Both the position numbers and the translations under genes were made by a program. Below are positions 14,301 through 28,270 of a DNA stretch of 64,000 nt, piece after piece; position 1 is the first letter of the stretch, and each line of letters starts with the position of its first letter. The DNA comes from Stegostoma tigrinum. Taxonomy: Eukaryota. Where the stretch lies: positions 11,928,421 to 11,992,420 of the forward strand of contig NC_081397.1 of the NCBI RefSeq assembly GCF_030684315.1, read 5' to 3'. The notes under the pieces are model-generated. The model did no database searches, had not been told where the DNA came from, and worked only from the letters and a program-made list of their open reading frames with translations.

Positions 14301-14676
14301 ATCATGTGGACAGAATAGGTGCATTTAAGGCAAATAACATGAGAGTAATCAATGGAATAATGCACTGAAAATCCTGGCAGTTCGAGACTGGGAGGGGATC
14401 AGTGGTGATCAACAACGCAAGGTCAATTTTCACTCTCCATTGTCCCATTTTCATCACTATCCAAGAGGTTACATTGGACACCTTCAAGTCAGCATGACCA
14501 ACTTCAGAATCTGCAGTTAGGAAAGAATAGCCAAAAATGTGCCAATTATGTTTTTGGCAGTCCCTTAATCTGCTTGATTTCACCTCACAAAACGTTATAT
14601 ATCTTTAGTGATCCTTCATTAGATCCACTGTTCCCGTTGAACGTTTATACATTAAAAGAATGTACAACCGTTGTGG

Positions 14677-14737
14677 AACCTGAAGTAAAAACTGAAAGAC
14701 CTGTGAAACCTGAAGTAAAAACTGAAAGACCTGTGAA
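14677..14737. repeat. Perfect 30-bp tandem duplication at the edge of a short PLE-derived element
   Basis: AACCTGAAGTAAAAACTGAAAGACCTGTGA twice. Confidence 0.9.
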
Positions 14738-15459
14738 TGCTGTAAATCGGGAAAACACCAGACTTCACGTTTCGGGTCCAGTGATCCTAGTCAGTTCTGA
14801 CTTATTTCTTCACACATGCTGCTGACTTGCCGAGCACTTCCAGCAACTTACAGTCTTGTTTTGGAGCCTGAATTATTTGTTTATAGAATTGCCTATTTCC
14901 TATTGACTATTTTTGTGTATTTTTAAACTTTCCTTCAGATGACCTCTTCTTTTATATTTATATTTTCCTTTGTTCATCTTAAAGCTGAACAATGTCACAT
15001 TCAAACTTAACCAAAATTGCGACATTATGGTCACTATTTCCTAAATTCTATGATGTTACAATCACTATTTCCTATGGGCTAATCTGAAGAACAGGTATTC
15101 ATGAATCCTTTCTCATTACAAAATACCAAATCCTTATATGATCCCAGATTGGTGCCTCAATGTGATAGTCCAGGAAAACATCTTGTATACACACCTGCCA
15201 TTCATCCTCCACCACATTAACACTGACTTGATAATTGAGTCTCCAAATGCAGTGCTCATTATTATTTTATTATCGAAAAACAGTCCCTGGGTGTATTCCG
15301 GAGAGGAGACCTAGGGTACAGGCGCATGGTGCTTGAAAGAGAAGTCACAGGTACACACGATGGTGAAGGTGGTGTTTGGCACAGAACATTCAGTATAGGA
15401 GTGATGTCATGTCGTGGCTGTAGAGGACGTAGGTGAGGCCAGTTTTACAATGCTCCTCC

Positions 15460-17290
15460 AGCTGAAGGAGGATGATGGCTCGGTGACGTCGTCTCGTCCC
15501 GACATTTTGAGGATCAGCAGATCCTTCTACGCCAGACTGTAGGACGCGAAGCCCATGGACAGAACGGCCTCTGAGTGGTTCCTGTCATCTATCACGAAGA
15601 TCTTGGACAACGGCACTGTGGAGTGGCTGGACCGGCCAATATCCCTGGATGAGCTGACCAGAGCCCTCAAGTCCTTGGAGAGGAATAAGACTCTCGGAAG
15701 CAACAGCTTACCGGTCGAGCTGTATTCCGCTCTGTGGGACCTGGTCGGCCAGGACATGCTGGAGGTGTACGATAGTGCGCTTCGGGCAGGGGCAATGTGC
15801 AAGTCCATGACGAAGGGCATCATCATCCTCATTTACAAGAGGAAGGGGGAGAGGGAAGAAATTAAGAATTGGCGTCCCATTTCATTATTGAACGTGGACT
15901 ACAAAATCCTGGCCAAGGTAATAGCCAACCGGGTCAGGTCTGTCCTGGAGTCGGCAATTCACCCTGACCAAACCTGTGCTGTGCCAGGCAGGAAGATCGC
16001 TGAGAGCCTCGCGCTGATCAGGGATATGATCGCCTACATGCAGGACAGGAGGGTGGACACCTGCCTTGTCAGCCTGGACCAGGAGAAGGCCTTCGAAAGG
16101 GTCTCTCATGCTGACATGAGGGACATGCTCTCCAAATTGAGGTTCGGGGAGGGCAGCCGCAATTGGATCCGGCTGCTCTGCACCAACATCTTTAGCCTAG
16201 TCTTGATCAATGGGTGGGAATCAAACAGTTTTCCCATCAGATCTGGAGTCAGGCAGGGCTGCCCGCTCTCTCCTGCCTTTTTCGTGCGCAATATTGGGCC
16301 CTTGGCCAGAACATCAGGGAGGACATGAGCCTTAAGGGCGTGACTATCCCAGGCAGCGGAGGCCTTCAGGTCAAAACCTCCCTGTACATGGACGATGTCG
16401 CCGTCTTCTGCACCGATCTTCGGTCGGTGAGTACGCTGTTGGACATCTGCGGCCAGTTTGAACTGGCCTCGGGTGCCAAAGTCAATAGGGGTAAGAGCGT
16501 GGCCATGTTCTTCAGGAACTGGGACGACCGCTCCTTCGCCCCTTCACCGTCAGGACAGACTACTTGAAGGTGCTGGGTGTTTGGTTCGGTGGAGGTGGGG
16601 TGTGCACTAAGACTTGGGAGGAGCATATCACCAAACTGAAGCAGAAGCTGGACAGGTGGACCCTCCGGTCCCCCTCCATCACGGGTAAGAACCTGTTTGT
16701 CAGGTGAGAGGGGCTTTCGGTACTGTTCTATGTGGCGCAGGCCTGGCCTATTCTCTGGACCTGCGCCGCTGCAGTCACCCGGGCCATCTTCCACTTCATT
16801 TGGGGGTCGAGGCTGGATGGACCAGGTCCGCAGGGACACCATGTACAAAGACCTGGAAAACAGGGGAAAGGGTGTACCGAACGCTAACCTCGCCCTGATG
16901 GCTACCTTTGTGTGTGGCTGCATCAAGCTGTGCGTAGATCCTCAGTCCGCAAACACCAAGTGTCACTGCATACCAAGGTTCTACCTGTCCACTGTGTTGC
17001 GATGGATGGGCCTGGCCTCGTTGCCGCAGAACGCTCTGCGTAGTTGGACCGTCCCGTACCACCTGTCCTTCGTGGAGAAATTTTTGAAACACCTTTGACC
17101 ACAAGGCCGCCAGGCAGTGGTCAGCACGTAATATCCTCGAGACCCTTCGGGAAAAGGAGAATGTGGATCCCGTCGTGTCGTTGCCCACGCAGACTGCCAA
17201 AGTCGATCAGCAGAATGCGTCATCACCAGAATTTTAAAAACAAGCACAAGGGCATTGCTTGGCTGGCGGTGAGAGGGGCTCTGCCGTGCA
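15460..17290 (+). mobile_element. Tx1-clade (L1 group) non-LTR retrotransposon RT fragment, pseudogenised
   Basis: NWRPISLLNVDYKILAK, DQEKAF, GVRQGCPLSP, LYMDD; stops and frameshifts; GC/CpG-rich compared with the flanks. Confidence 0.88.
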
Positions 17291-18120
17291 GGACCTTGTC
17301 AAAGGCCTTACTAAAGTCCATACAGAGTACATCCACTGCCCTCCACTTGGTTCCCTCTTTGAAATGCTCAAAAATTTGTCAGATGTGCCTTCCCGCACAC
17401 AAATCCGTGATGACTATCCGTAATCATACCTTGACTGTGTTCATTGATCCTGTCACTCGGTATCCTCTCCAATAACTTGCTTACTGCTGATGTTAGGCTC
17501 ACTGGCTGGAAGTTCCCTGGCTTGTCTTAGCTCCATCTCTTAAACAATGGAAAACATTAGCCACCCTCCAGTATCCAGAACTTCACCAGTGGCTAAAAAT
17601 GAGGCTAAAATCTCAGCAAGGGAAGGGCCTCTGCAATTTCTTTCTGAGCTTCCCACAAAATCTGAGGATGGACTTTATCAGGCCTTGGGAATTCATCCAT
17701 CTTAAATATGATCTAAGGCTGCAAACACTCACTCTCTGGTCATATATGTGCGGTACAAAATATCTCCACTTCCTTCCCTTATTTCCTCAGTATCCATGAT
17801 TCTCTCCTCAGCAAACACTGAGGAGAAATATTCGTTAAAAATCCTCCTCTTCTGCTGTGGCTTCACACATGGACTACCAACCTGATCTTTAAGGGGACCT
17901 CCTTTCCCCAGCCAAGCTTTTAGTCTTAATATAGCCATGGAGCCTCTATAACCTTTTCTGCCAGATCCATTTCATGCCATCTTTTGCTCTTCTGATTTCC
18001 CTCTGATGTGTGCTTCTCCACTCTTTATAGTTATCTAGAGATTCACTTGAGCCTGATCGTTTAAACCCAATGTATGCCTTCTTCCCTTTCCTAACCAGAT
18101 CCTCAATGTCCCTTGATATT
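17290..18120 (-). mobile_element. CR1 internal fragment
   Basis: Minus-strand DFSKAFDKV and NEYFSSVF motifs. Confidence 0.75.
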
Positions 18121-18129
18121 TCAGCTCAT

Positions 18130-19335
18130 CTGCCTCTATCATTTCTGTTGTCTGAAAGTGTGACATTATTAGTCTGTTCCTTTCAATCTGTGCTCTGTGA
18201 ATGTGTGGGTGTAGTTCTCAATCCATGCCTGACAGTTTCTCCAAGAAAATGCATGAGTGTTGTTACTCGTACCTAAATGTCCATTCGGTGGTATCAATGT
18301 AAGAGTGCAGGCAGTACTCTGGACCTGCCAATTTCTGCTCTGTCAATACGTGAGTTTAGTTTCCGTTCGGCAGATGTGAGAATGTAGTTATCACACTGTA
18401 CCTGGGAGACTTTTGTTCTGTGACTATTTGAGTTCAGGTGTCACGCAGTACCTGCCAGTTTTTGTAGTTTGTGAAAACGAGAGTGTGGTTTTAAATCTGT
18501 GACTGTCAGTTTCTCCTAAGTCAGTTTGTTTGTACAATTATCAGCACATTCCTGAAAGATTATGCTGCATGAACGTGTAATTGTAGTTATCATTCTGTCC
18601 ATATCTGTCTTTGCCTCGTGAATGTATGAGTGTATGTACTAATTTTTCCCCATCAGTCTCCTGTCACGTGAAAATGGGTGTTTAGTTATCAATCTGTTTA
18701 TTTTCATATGTGCTCTGCGAATGTTTGGCAGCAGTCATCACTCTGTATCTGTCAGGTTCTGCTTGATGAATAAATTTTAAGTCTATCCATGACAGTTTCT
18801 GTTATAAGAATGAGAGAATTTAGTTGTCACTCTATTTCTGCCAGGGTCTGCGATGTGAATGTCTGAATGCTTTTATCAGTTCTTTCCCTGTCAGTTTCTG
18901 TGACTGTGGATGCGAGAGTGTGGTTGTCAATTTATACTTGCCATTTTCTGGTATGTGATTATGAGAGTTTGGATATTAAACAGTGCTGGTCAGCTTCTGA
19001 TGTGTCAACATTTGAGTGCAGTTATCAATCTGTTCCTGACAGTTTCTGCTATGCAATAGGTGGGATTGAAGCTATCTGTTTGTCATTGCCAGTATTTACA
19101 GTGTGAATGTATGAGTGTAGTTATCTATCTGTACATGTGAGATGCAGCTGACAAGATAATGTGAATGCAGTTTCCAATCTATGCCAGTCAGTTTCTGCTA
19201 TGTTAAGATATGAGGTTAGTTATCAATCTATGCCTGTGAGTTCCTGTTCTGTGAATGTACGACTGTAATTATCAGTCTCTCGCTCAAAGATTCCTCAATG
19301 TGAAGATGTGAGTTTAGTTATCGATCTGTACACTG
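18130..19335. repeat. Degenerate 49-bp tandem repeat array
   Basis: Recurrent TCAGTTTCTG...GTGAAT...AGTTATCAATCTGT units. Confidence 0.8.
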
Positions 19336-19436
19336 GACCTTAAATGTTAACTCTATTTTCTTCCTCACAGATGCTGCCAGACCTGCTGAGCTTTTCCAGC
19401 ACCTTGGTTTTTGTTCCCGATTTACAGCATCCGCAA

Positions 19437-20480
19437 ATAACAAGGCGTGGGGCTGGATGAACACAGCAGGCCAAACAGCATCTTAGGAGCATAAAAGCTG
19501 ACATCTCGGGCCTAGACCCTTCATCAGAAAAAGGAGGAGAGAGAGAGGACTCTGAAAGAGATAGGGAGAGAGGGGGAGGTGGACTGAAGATGGACAGAGG
19601 AGAAGATAGGTGGAGAGGAGAGTATGGGTGGGGAGAGGTCAGTCTGAGGAGGACGGACATGTCAAGGGGGCGGGATGAGGTTAGGAGGTAGGAAATGGAG
19701 GTTCGGCTTGAGGTAGGAGGAGGGGATAGGTGAGAGGAAGAACAGGTTCGGCAGGCGGGGATGAGCTGGGCTGGTTTCGGATGTAGTGGGGGGGGGGAGG
19801 GGAGATTTTGCAGCTGGTGAAATCCACATCGATACCATTAGGCTGCAGGGTTCCCAAGCGGAGTATGAGTTGCTGTTCCTGCAACCTACGCATCGTTATG
19901 GCACTGCAGGATGCCCAAGATGGACATGTTGTCTAAGGATTGGGATGGGGAGTTGAAATGGTTTGCGACTGGGAGGTCCAGTTGTTATTGGCAAACCGAG
20001 TGTAGGTGTTCTGCAAAGCGGCCCCCAAGCCTCCGCTTGGTTTCCCCAATGTGGAGGTAGCCACAACGGGTACAGCGGATGCAGTATACCACATTGACGG
20101 ATGGGCAGGTGAGCATCTGCTTGATGCGGAAGGTCATCTTGGGGCCTGTGATGCGGGTGAGGGAGGATGTGTGGGGGCAAGTGTAGCACTTCCTGCGGTT
20201 GCAGGGGAAAGCGCCAGGTCTGGTGGGGTTGGAGGAGAGTGTGGAGCAGACAAGGGAGTCGCGCAGAGTGGTCTCTCCAGATGGCAGACAAGGGTGGGGA
20301 AGGAAAAATGTCTTTGGTGGTGGGGTCGAATCGTAGATGGTGCAAATGTCAGTGGATGATGTATTGTATCCAGACGTTGGTGGGGTGGTATGTGAGGACG
20401 AAGGGGGATTCTCTTTTGGCAGTTATTGCGGGGGCAGGGTGAGGCTATGAGGTCATTCTCGACCACTGCGGGGGGAGCAT
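19437..20480 (-). mobile_element. Penelope-like element 3' portion (GIY-YIG and pseudo-LTR)
   Basis: RLQEQQLILRLGTLQPNGIDVDF and cysteine-rich linker; terminal repeat with a hammerhead-like core (~19498-19527). Confidence 0.85.
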
Positions 20481-20514
20481 CCGTAGTTCTTTCCATTTTT
20501 ATTTTGTCCATTTA

Positions 20515-20945
20515 AGCTGTGTGATACAGAGAGTGAGGGTATCTATATGGGCCTTTCAGTTTCAGCTTTGTGAATGTCTGAGTGCAGATTTACTTTGCAG
20601 CTGTCAGTTTCTGCTCTGTGAATGTGAGAGTGTGTGTTGTCAACCTCGTCCTCACAATTTGTGCTGCGTGAATGAATGCAGTTATCTGTCTGTCTCTGCC
20701 ACTTTCTGTTGTGTGAATGTGAGAGTGCAGGAATCAATCTGTACCACTCAGTCAATGCAATTGGAACGAGAGAGTGCAGGGATCACCCTATACATGTCAG
20801 TGTTATCATCAACCTGTTCCTGTCAGTTTCTGCTCTCTGGGTACCTGAGTATAGATGTCATTCTCTTTCAATCAGTTTCTACTCAGTGAATATGTATCTG
20901 AAATTATCAGTCTATCCACGACACTGTTTTGCTGAGTGAATGTTT
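20515..20945. repeat. 49-bp tandem repeat array
   Basis: TCAGTTTC at 20823 and 20872 (period 49). Confidence 0.8.
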
Positions 20946-22801
20946 AGACAATCGACGATAGGTGCAGGAGTAGGCCATTCGGCCCTTCAAGCTAATACCA
21001 CCATTCATTATGATCATGGCTGATCATCCACAATCAGTATGCTGTTCCTGCCTTATCCCCATAATCCTTAATTCCACTATCTTTAAGAGCTCTATCTGTC
21101 CCTTTCATGAAACTATCCAGAGACTTGGCCTCCACTGCCTTCTGGGGCAGAGCATTCCATACATCCACCACTTTCTGGGTGAAGACATTTCTCCTCAACT
21201 CTGTTCTAAATGGCCTCCCTCTTATTTTTAAACTGTGTCCTCTGGTTCTGGACTCCCCCATCAACGGAAACATGTTTCCTGCCTCCAGAGTGTCCAAACC
21301 CTTAATAATTTTATACATCTCACTCAGATTCCCTCTCATCCTCCTCAACTCAAGTGTACACAAGCCCAGTCACTCCAATCTTTCAACGTATGATAGTCCT
21401 GCCATTCTGGGAATTAACCTTGTGAACCTACGCTGCACTACCTCAATAGCCAGAATGTCCTTCCTCAAATTTGGAGACCGAAACTGCACACAATACTCCA
21501 GGTGCGGTCTCACCAGGGCCCTGTACAGCTGCAGAAGGACCTCTTTGCTTCTATACTCAATTCCTCTTGTTATGAAGGCCAGCATGCTATTAGCTTTCTT
21601 CACTGCCTGCTGCACCTGCATGCTTGCTTTCATTGACTGATGTACAAGAACACCCAGATCTCGTTGAACTTCCCCTTTACCTAACTTGACTCCATTTAGA
21701 TCGTAATCTGCCTTTCTGTTCTGGCCACCAAAGTGGATAACCACACATTTATCCACATAAAACTGCATCTGCCATGCATCCGTCCACTCACCTAGCCTGT
21801 CCAAGTCACCTGTATTCTCATAACATCTTCCTCACATTTCATCCTGCCACCCAGCTTTGTGTCATCAGCAAATTTGCTAATATTACTTTTAATGCCTTCA
21901 TCTGTATCATTAATGTATATTGTAAATAGCTGCGGTCCCAGCACCGAACCTTGTGGAACGCCGCTGGTCACTGCCTGTCATTCTGAAAGGGACACGTTTA
22001 TCACTACTCTTTGCTTCCTGTCAGCCAGCCAATTTTCAATCCAAGCCAGTATTTTGCCCCCAATACCATGTGCCCGAATTCTACTCACTAATCTCCTATG
22101 TGGGACTTTATCAAAGGCCTTCTGAAAGTCCAGGTACACTACATCCACTGGCTCTCCCTTGTCCATCTTCATAGTTACATCCTCAAAAAAGTCCAGAAGA
22201 TTAGTCAAGCACGATTTCCCCCTTTGTAAATCCATGCTGACTCTGCCCTATCCTGTTACTGCTATCCAAATAATTCGTAATTTCTTCCTTAATAATTGAT
22301 GTCAGCATCTTTCCCACCACTGACTTCAGGCTAACGGTCTATAATTCCCTATTTTCTCTTTCCCTCCTTTCTTGAAAAGTGGGACAACATTAGCCACCCT
22401 CCAATCCGCAGGAACTGATCCTGAATCTATAGAATATTAGAAAATAATTACCAATGCGTCCACGATTTGTGGAGCCACCACCTTAAGTACCCTGGGACGC
22501 AGACCATCAGGTCTCAGGGACATATCAGCCTTCAGACCTAACAATATATCCAACACCATTTCCTGCCTAATATAAATTCCCTTCAGTTCATCCATTACCT
22601 TAGGTCCTTCAGCCACTATAACATTTGGGAGATTCGATCTGTCTTCACTAGGGAAGACACAAGGAAAGTACCTACTCAACTTCTGCCGTTTCCTTGTTCC
22701 CCATAATAAATACACCCGTTTCTGACTTCAAGGGCCCAATTTTAGTCTGAACCATTTTTTTTCTTTTCACATTCCTAAAAAAACATTTACTATCCTCTGT
22801 A

Positions 22802-23558
22802 TTAAGATAATAAAATGTGAGGCTGGATAAACACAGCAGGCCAAGCAGCATCTCAGGAGCACAAAAGCTGACATTTCGGGCCTAGACCCTTCATCAGAGA
22901 GGGGGATGGGGTGAGGGTTCTGGAATAAATAGGGAGAGAGGGGGAGGCGGACCGAAGATGGAGAGAAAAGAAGATAGGTGGAGAGAGTATAGGTGGGGAG
23001 GTAGGGAGGGGATAGGTCAGTCCAGGGAAGATGGACAGGTCAAGGAGGTGGGATGAGGTTAGTAGGTAGATGGGGGTGCGGCTTGGGGTGGGAGGAAGGG
23101 ATGGATGAGAGGAAGAACACGTTAGGGAGGCAGAGACTGGTTGGACTGGTTTTGGGATGCAGTGGGTGGAGGGGAAGAGCTGGGCTGGTTGTGTGGTGCA
23201 ATGGGGGGAGGGGACGAACTGGGCTGGTTTAGGGATGCGGTGGGGGAAGGGGAGATTTTGAAACTAGTGAAGTCCACATTGATACCATATGGCTGCAGGG
23301 TTCCCAGGTGGAATATGAGTTGCTGTTCCTGCAACCTTCGGGTGGCATCATTGTGGCTCTGCAGGAGGCCCATGATGGACATGTCATCGAAAGAATGGGA
23401 GGGGGAGTGGAAATGGTTTGCGACTGGGAGGTGCAGTTGTTTGTTGCGAACTGAGCGGAGGTGTTCTGCAAAGCGGTCCCCAAGCCTCCGCTTGGTTTCC
23501 CCAATGTAGAGGAAGCCACACCGGGTACAGTGGATGCAGTATACCACATTGGCAGATG
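22802..23558 (-). mobile_element. Penelope-like element 3' portion nested in CR1
   Basis: ORF 23122..23547: VYCIHCTRCGFLYIGETKRRLGDRFAEH (GIY-YIG); pseudo-LTR at ~22805-22900. Confidence 0.92.
22868..22897 (-). ncRNA. Minimal type I hammerhead ribozyme core
   Basis: Minus strand CUGAUGA-A-GGGUC-UA-GGCCC-GAAA-UGUC with catalytic boxes intact; PLEs are known to carry such minimal hammerheads. Confidence 0.7.
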
Positions 23559-24199
23559 TCCTTTATAATCCTCTTATATTTTTGGCCAGTGTGCCTTCGT
23601 ACCTCATTTTTTTCTCCATGTATTGCCTTTTTAGTTATCCTCTGTTGGTGTTTAAAACTGTCCCAGTCCTCCGGCTTCCCGCTCATCTTTGCTATGTTAT
23701 ACTACTTCTTTTTTATCTTTATACAGTCCTTAACTTCCCTTGTCAGCCACGGCCGACCCTGCCTCCCCATAGGATCTTTCTTCCTCTTTGGAATGAACGG
23801 ATCCTGCACCTTCTGCATTATATCCAGAAATACCTGCCATTGTTGTTCCACTGCCATCCCTGCGAGGGTATTGAACCACTGAACTTTGGCCAGCTCCTCC
23901 CTCATAGCTCCATAGTTCCCTTTGTTCAACGCCAATACTGACACTTCCGATTCTCCCTTCTCCCTCTCAAATTGCAGATTAAAACTTATCATATTATGGT
24001 CACTACTTCCTCATGGCTCCTCTACTTTGAAGTCCCTCATCAAATCTGGTTCATTGCACAACACCAGACCCAGAATTGCCTTCTCCCTGGTAGGTTCCAG
24101 TACCAGCTGTTCCAAGAATCCATCTCGGAGGCACTCCACATCAAGCTGTATCTGTCAGTTTCAGTTACAAGAGTCTTGACAGTGCAGTTATTACAGTTT

Positions 24200-27100
24200 T
24201 TAATACATACTGATCAGGTACTCAACTACAACTGCAATCACGCCAATCCCCACTAATGGAGCTGCATCAAAACACTGTTCAAGTGAGCCATAACACACTG
24301 CAGCATCCAGAGCTGCGTAAAGCCGAGGAAGCACATTGACACCAACGACATAGGTAGGAAGAGAGATGGGGATTTAAGGCAGAAATTCAGGGAGCTCGGA
24401 TGGAAGCTGAGAGCTAGGACGAACAGAGTTGTTGTGTCTGGTTTGTTGCCCGTGCCACGTGCTAGTGAGGCGAGGAATAGGGAGAGAGAGGAGTTGAACA
24501 CGTGGCTACAGGGATGGTGCAGGAGGGTGGGTTTTGGATTCTTGGATAATTGGGGCTCTTTCTGGGGTAGGTGGGACCTCTACAAGGAAGATGGTCTTCA
24601 CCTGAACCAGAGGGGTACCAATCTCCTGGGGGCAAAATTTGCTCAGCCTATTCGGGTGGGTTTAAACTAATTCAGCAGGGGGATGGGAACCAAAATTGTA
24701 GGTTGAGGATAGAAAAGGTTGAGAGTAGGGAGGTCAGAAATAAAGTTTCAGGGATGCAAGATGGCGCCGGCAAGCAAGAAGTTGCTTTGAAGTGTGTCTA
24801 CTTCAACGCCAGGAGCGTCTGGAATAAGGTGGGTGAACTTGCAGCATAGGTTAGTACCTGGGACTTCAATGTTGTGGCCATTTTAGAGACATGGATAGGG
24901 CAGGGACAGGAATGGCTGTTGCAGGTTCTGGGATTTAGATGTTTCAGTAAGAACAGAGAAGATGGTAAAATGAGGGAGGTGTGGCATTGTTGGTCAAGGA
25001 TTACAGTTGCAGAAAGCATGTTTGGGGACTCATCAACTGAGGTAGTATGGGCTGAGGTTAGAAACAGGAAAGGAGAGGTCACCCTGTTGGGAGTTTCCTA
25101 TAGGCCTCCGAATAGTTCCAGAGATGTAGAGGAAAGGATAGCAAAGATGATTCTCGATAGGAGTGAGAGAGACTGGGTCGTTGTCATGGGGGACTTCAAC
25201 TTTCCAAATATTGACTGGGAACACTATAGTTCAAGTACTATAGATGGGTCAGTTTTTGTCCAGTGTGTGCAGGAGGGCTTCCTGACACAGTATGTAGATA
25301 GGCCAACAAGGGGCGAAGCCACATTAGATTTGGTGCTGGGCAAGAGCCCGACCAGGTGTTGGATTTGGAAGTAGGTGAGCACTTCAGTGATCGCGATCAC
25401 AATTCTGTTATGTTTACTTTAGTGATGGAAAAGGATATGTGTATACCACTGGGCAAGAGTTATAGCTGGGGGAAAGGCAATTACGATGAGATAAGGCAAG
25501 ATTCAGGGAGCATAGGATGGGGAAGGAAACTGCAGGGGATGGGCACATTAGAAATGTGGCGTTTATTCAAGGAAAACCTCCTGTGTGTCCTACATAAGTA
25601 TGTACCTGTCAGGCAGGGAGGAAGCTGTACGGCGCGGGAGCCGTGGTTTACGAAGGAGGTGGAATCTCTGGTAAAGAGGAAGAAGAAGACTTATGTTAGG
25701 ATAAGATGTGAAGGCTCAGTTAGAGTGCTTGAGGGCTACGGGGTAGCCAGGAAAGACCTAAAGAGAGAGCTCAGAAGAGCCAGGAGGAGACATGAGAAGT
25801 TGTTGGCGGATAGGATCAGGGTAAACCCTAAGGCTTTCTATAGGTATTTAAGGAATAAAAGAATGACAAAAGTAAGATGAGGGCCAATCAAGGATAGTAG
25901 CGGTAGATTGTGTGGGGAGTCAGAGGAGATAGGGGAAGCACTCAATGCATATTTTTCAACAGTATTCACTCCTGAAAACAGCAATGTTGTCGAGGAGAAT
26001 ACTGAGATACAGGCTATTAGACTGGGTGGGATTGAGGTTCACAAGGAAGAGGTATTAGAAATCCTACAGAGGGTGACGATAGATAAGTCCTCTGGGCCGG
26101 ATGGCATTTATCTGAGGATCCTCTGGGAAGCCAGGGAGGAGATTGCCGAGCCTTTAACGTTGATCTTTCACTCGTCATTGTCTGCAGGAATAGTGCCAGA
26201 TGACTGGAGGATAGCAAATGTGGTTCCCCTGTTCAAGAAGGGGAGTAGAGACAACCCTGATAATTATAGATCAGTGAGCATTACCTCAGGTATTGGCAAT
26301 GTGTTAAAAAGATTATAAGGGATAGGATTTATAATCATCTAGAAAAGAATAAATTGATTAGGGATAGTCAGCACGGTTTTGTGAAGGGAAAGGCGTGCCT
26401 CACAAATCTTATTGAGTTCTTTGAGAAGGTGACCAAACAGGTAGATGAGAGTAAACCTGTTGATGTGTTGGATTTCAGCAAGGCATTCGATAAGGTTCCC
26501 CACAGTAGGCTCTTGTACAAAATGCGGAGGAATGGAATTGTGGGAGATATAGCAGTTTGGATCGGAAATTGGCCTGCTGAAAGAAGACAGAGGGTGGTAG
26601 TTGATGGGAAATGTTCATCCTGGACAGCAGTTACTAGAGGTGTACCGCAAGGGTCAGTGTTGGGTCCACTGCTGTTTGTCATTTTTATAAATGACCTGGA
26701 TGAGGGCGTAGAAGGATGTGTTAGTAAATTTGCAGACGACACCAAGGTCGGCGGAGTTGAAGATAGTGACGAAGGATGCTGAAGGTTGCAGAGAGACATA
26801 GATAAGCTGCAGAGCTGGGCTGAGAGGTGGCAAATGGAGTTTAATGCAGACAAGTGTGAGGTGATGCACTTTGGTAGGAGTAACCAGAAGGCAAAGTACT
26901 GGGGTAAGATTCTTGGTAGTGGCGACGAGCAGAACGATCTCGGTGTCCACGTACACAGATCCTTGAAAGTTGCCACCCAGGTTGACAGGGCTGTTAAGAA
27001 AGCATACAGTGTTTTAGCTTTTATTAATAGAGGGATCGAGTTCTGGAACGAAGAGGTTATGCTGCAGCTGCACAAAACTCTGGTACAGCCGCACTTGGAG

Positions 27101-28270
27101 TACTGCGTACAGTTCTGGTCACCGCATTATCAGAAGGATGTGGAAGCTTTGGAAAGGGTACAGAGCAGATTTACTGGGATGTTGCCTGGTATGGAGGGAA
27201 GGTCTTACGAGGAAAGGCTGAGAGACCTGAGGCTGTTTTCATTGGAGAGAAGAAGGTTGAGAGGTGACTTAATTGAAACATATAAAATAATCAGAGGGTT
27301 AGATAGAGTGGATAGGGACAGCCGTTTTCCTAGGATGGTGACAGCGAGCATGAGGGGGCATAGTTTTAAATTGAGGGGTGAAAGATACAGGACAGATGTC
27401 AGAGGTAGTTTCTTTACTCAGAGAGTGGTAAGGGAATGGAACGCTTTGCCTGCAATGGTAGTAGATTCGCCAACTTTAGGTACATTTAAGTCATCATTGG
27501 ATAAGCATATGGACGTGCATGGAATATTGTAGGTTAGATGGGCTTCAGATCGGTATGACAGGTTGGCACAACATCGAGGGCTGATGGGCCTGTACTGTGC
27601 AGTAATGTTCTATGTAAGAACGCTGATACAGTGTCTACAGAAATGACGGGGTTACCTGAAAAGCGTAGTCCTTCAACACCTGCACAACAGACGACAAATG
27701 GATAACACAACACTTCCAGAGACACTGGTCTCCCCACCATACATGAAAAACATATCAGAAATGACCACCATATTACCCCGATCCAACAACCACAACTGAC
27801 AGAACCAACGTTATTTGCGAGATATCGTGGACAGATGCCAAAAACATTACAAAGGCCAAACTGGTAGGAAGCTAGACATCACAATTCATAAACACCATCT
27901 AGCTACCAAGAGACATGGCCAACTATCACTCATCTCAATACACATGGACGAAGTGGGACACCGATTTGACTGGGACAACGTAGTCATCTGAGGACAAGTC
28001 AACCAAAGACATGCATGAGAATTCCTGGAGGCCTGATATTCAAACTGGAATGCCATTAACAAATGCATAGAGCAGGATCCCATATACCAACCACTGAGAA
28101 ACAAATCCGGAAGTGATGTCAGCCACCCCAGCAAACTGCGGCACATAAACAGCCAGCAGGACACAACAGCAATGCATCACCAGAGGTGCACTGAAGGTAT
28201 TATGTCGTATGGTGACAAAATGTCTGTAAACAAGCAACAACAAGCTTGTCAAGCAATTCAACAACAGCAT
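24200..28270 (+). mobile_element. Second-family Penelope-like element split by a CR1 insertion (24200-24330 and 27616-28270)
   Basis: HTDQVLNY...CIKTLFK before the CR1; HYKGQTGRKL...HRFDWDNV...EFLEA after it; degenerate hammerhead at ~28191-28225. Confidence 0.7.
24331..27615 (+). mobile_element. Near-full-length CR1 LINE (ORF1 esterase end, ORF2 APE endonuclease and RT), disrupted
   Basis: ORF1 SGNH-like TNDIG...DGLHLN; ORF2 [36 protein letters not shown]; 3' tail TTCTATGT; several stops and frameshifts. Confidence 0.95.

Larger units (their letters stand above)
20946..24140 (-). mobile_element. CR1 LINE ORF2 (~2.4 kb) interrupted by a PLE
   Basis: [52 protein letters not shown]. Confidence 0.92.

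Noticed and set aside
18130-19335. 49-bp repeat as a CRISPR-like array or decayed C2H2 zinc-finger exon
   Set aside because: No constant repeat/unique spacer structure and no cas genes; the period is 49, not 84 and not a multiple of 3.
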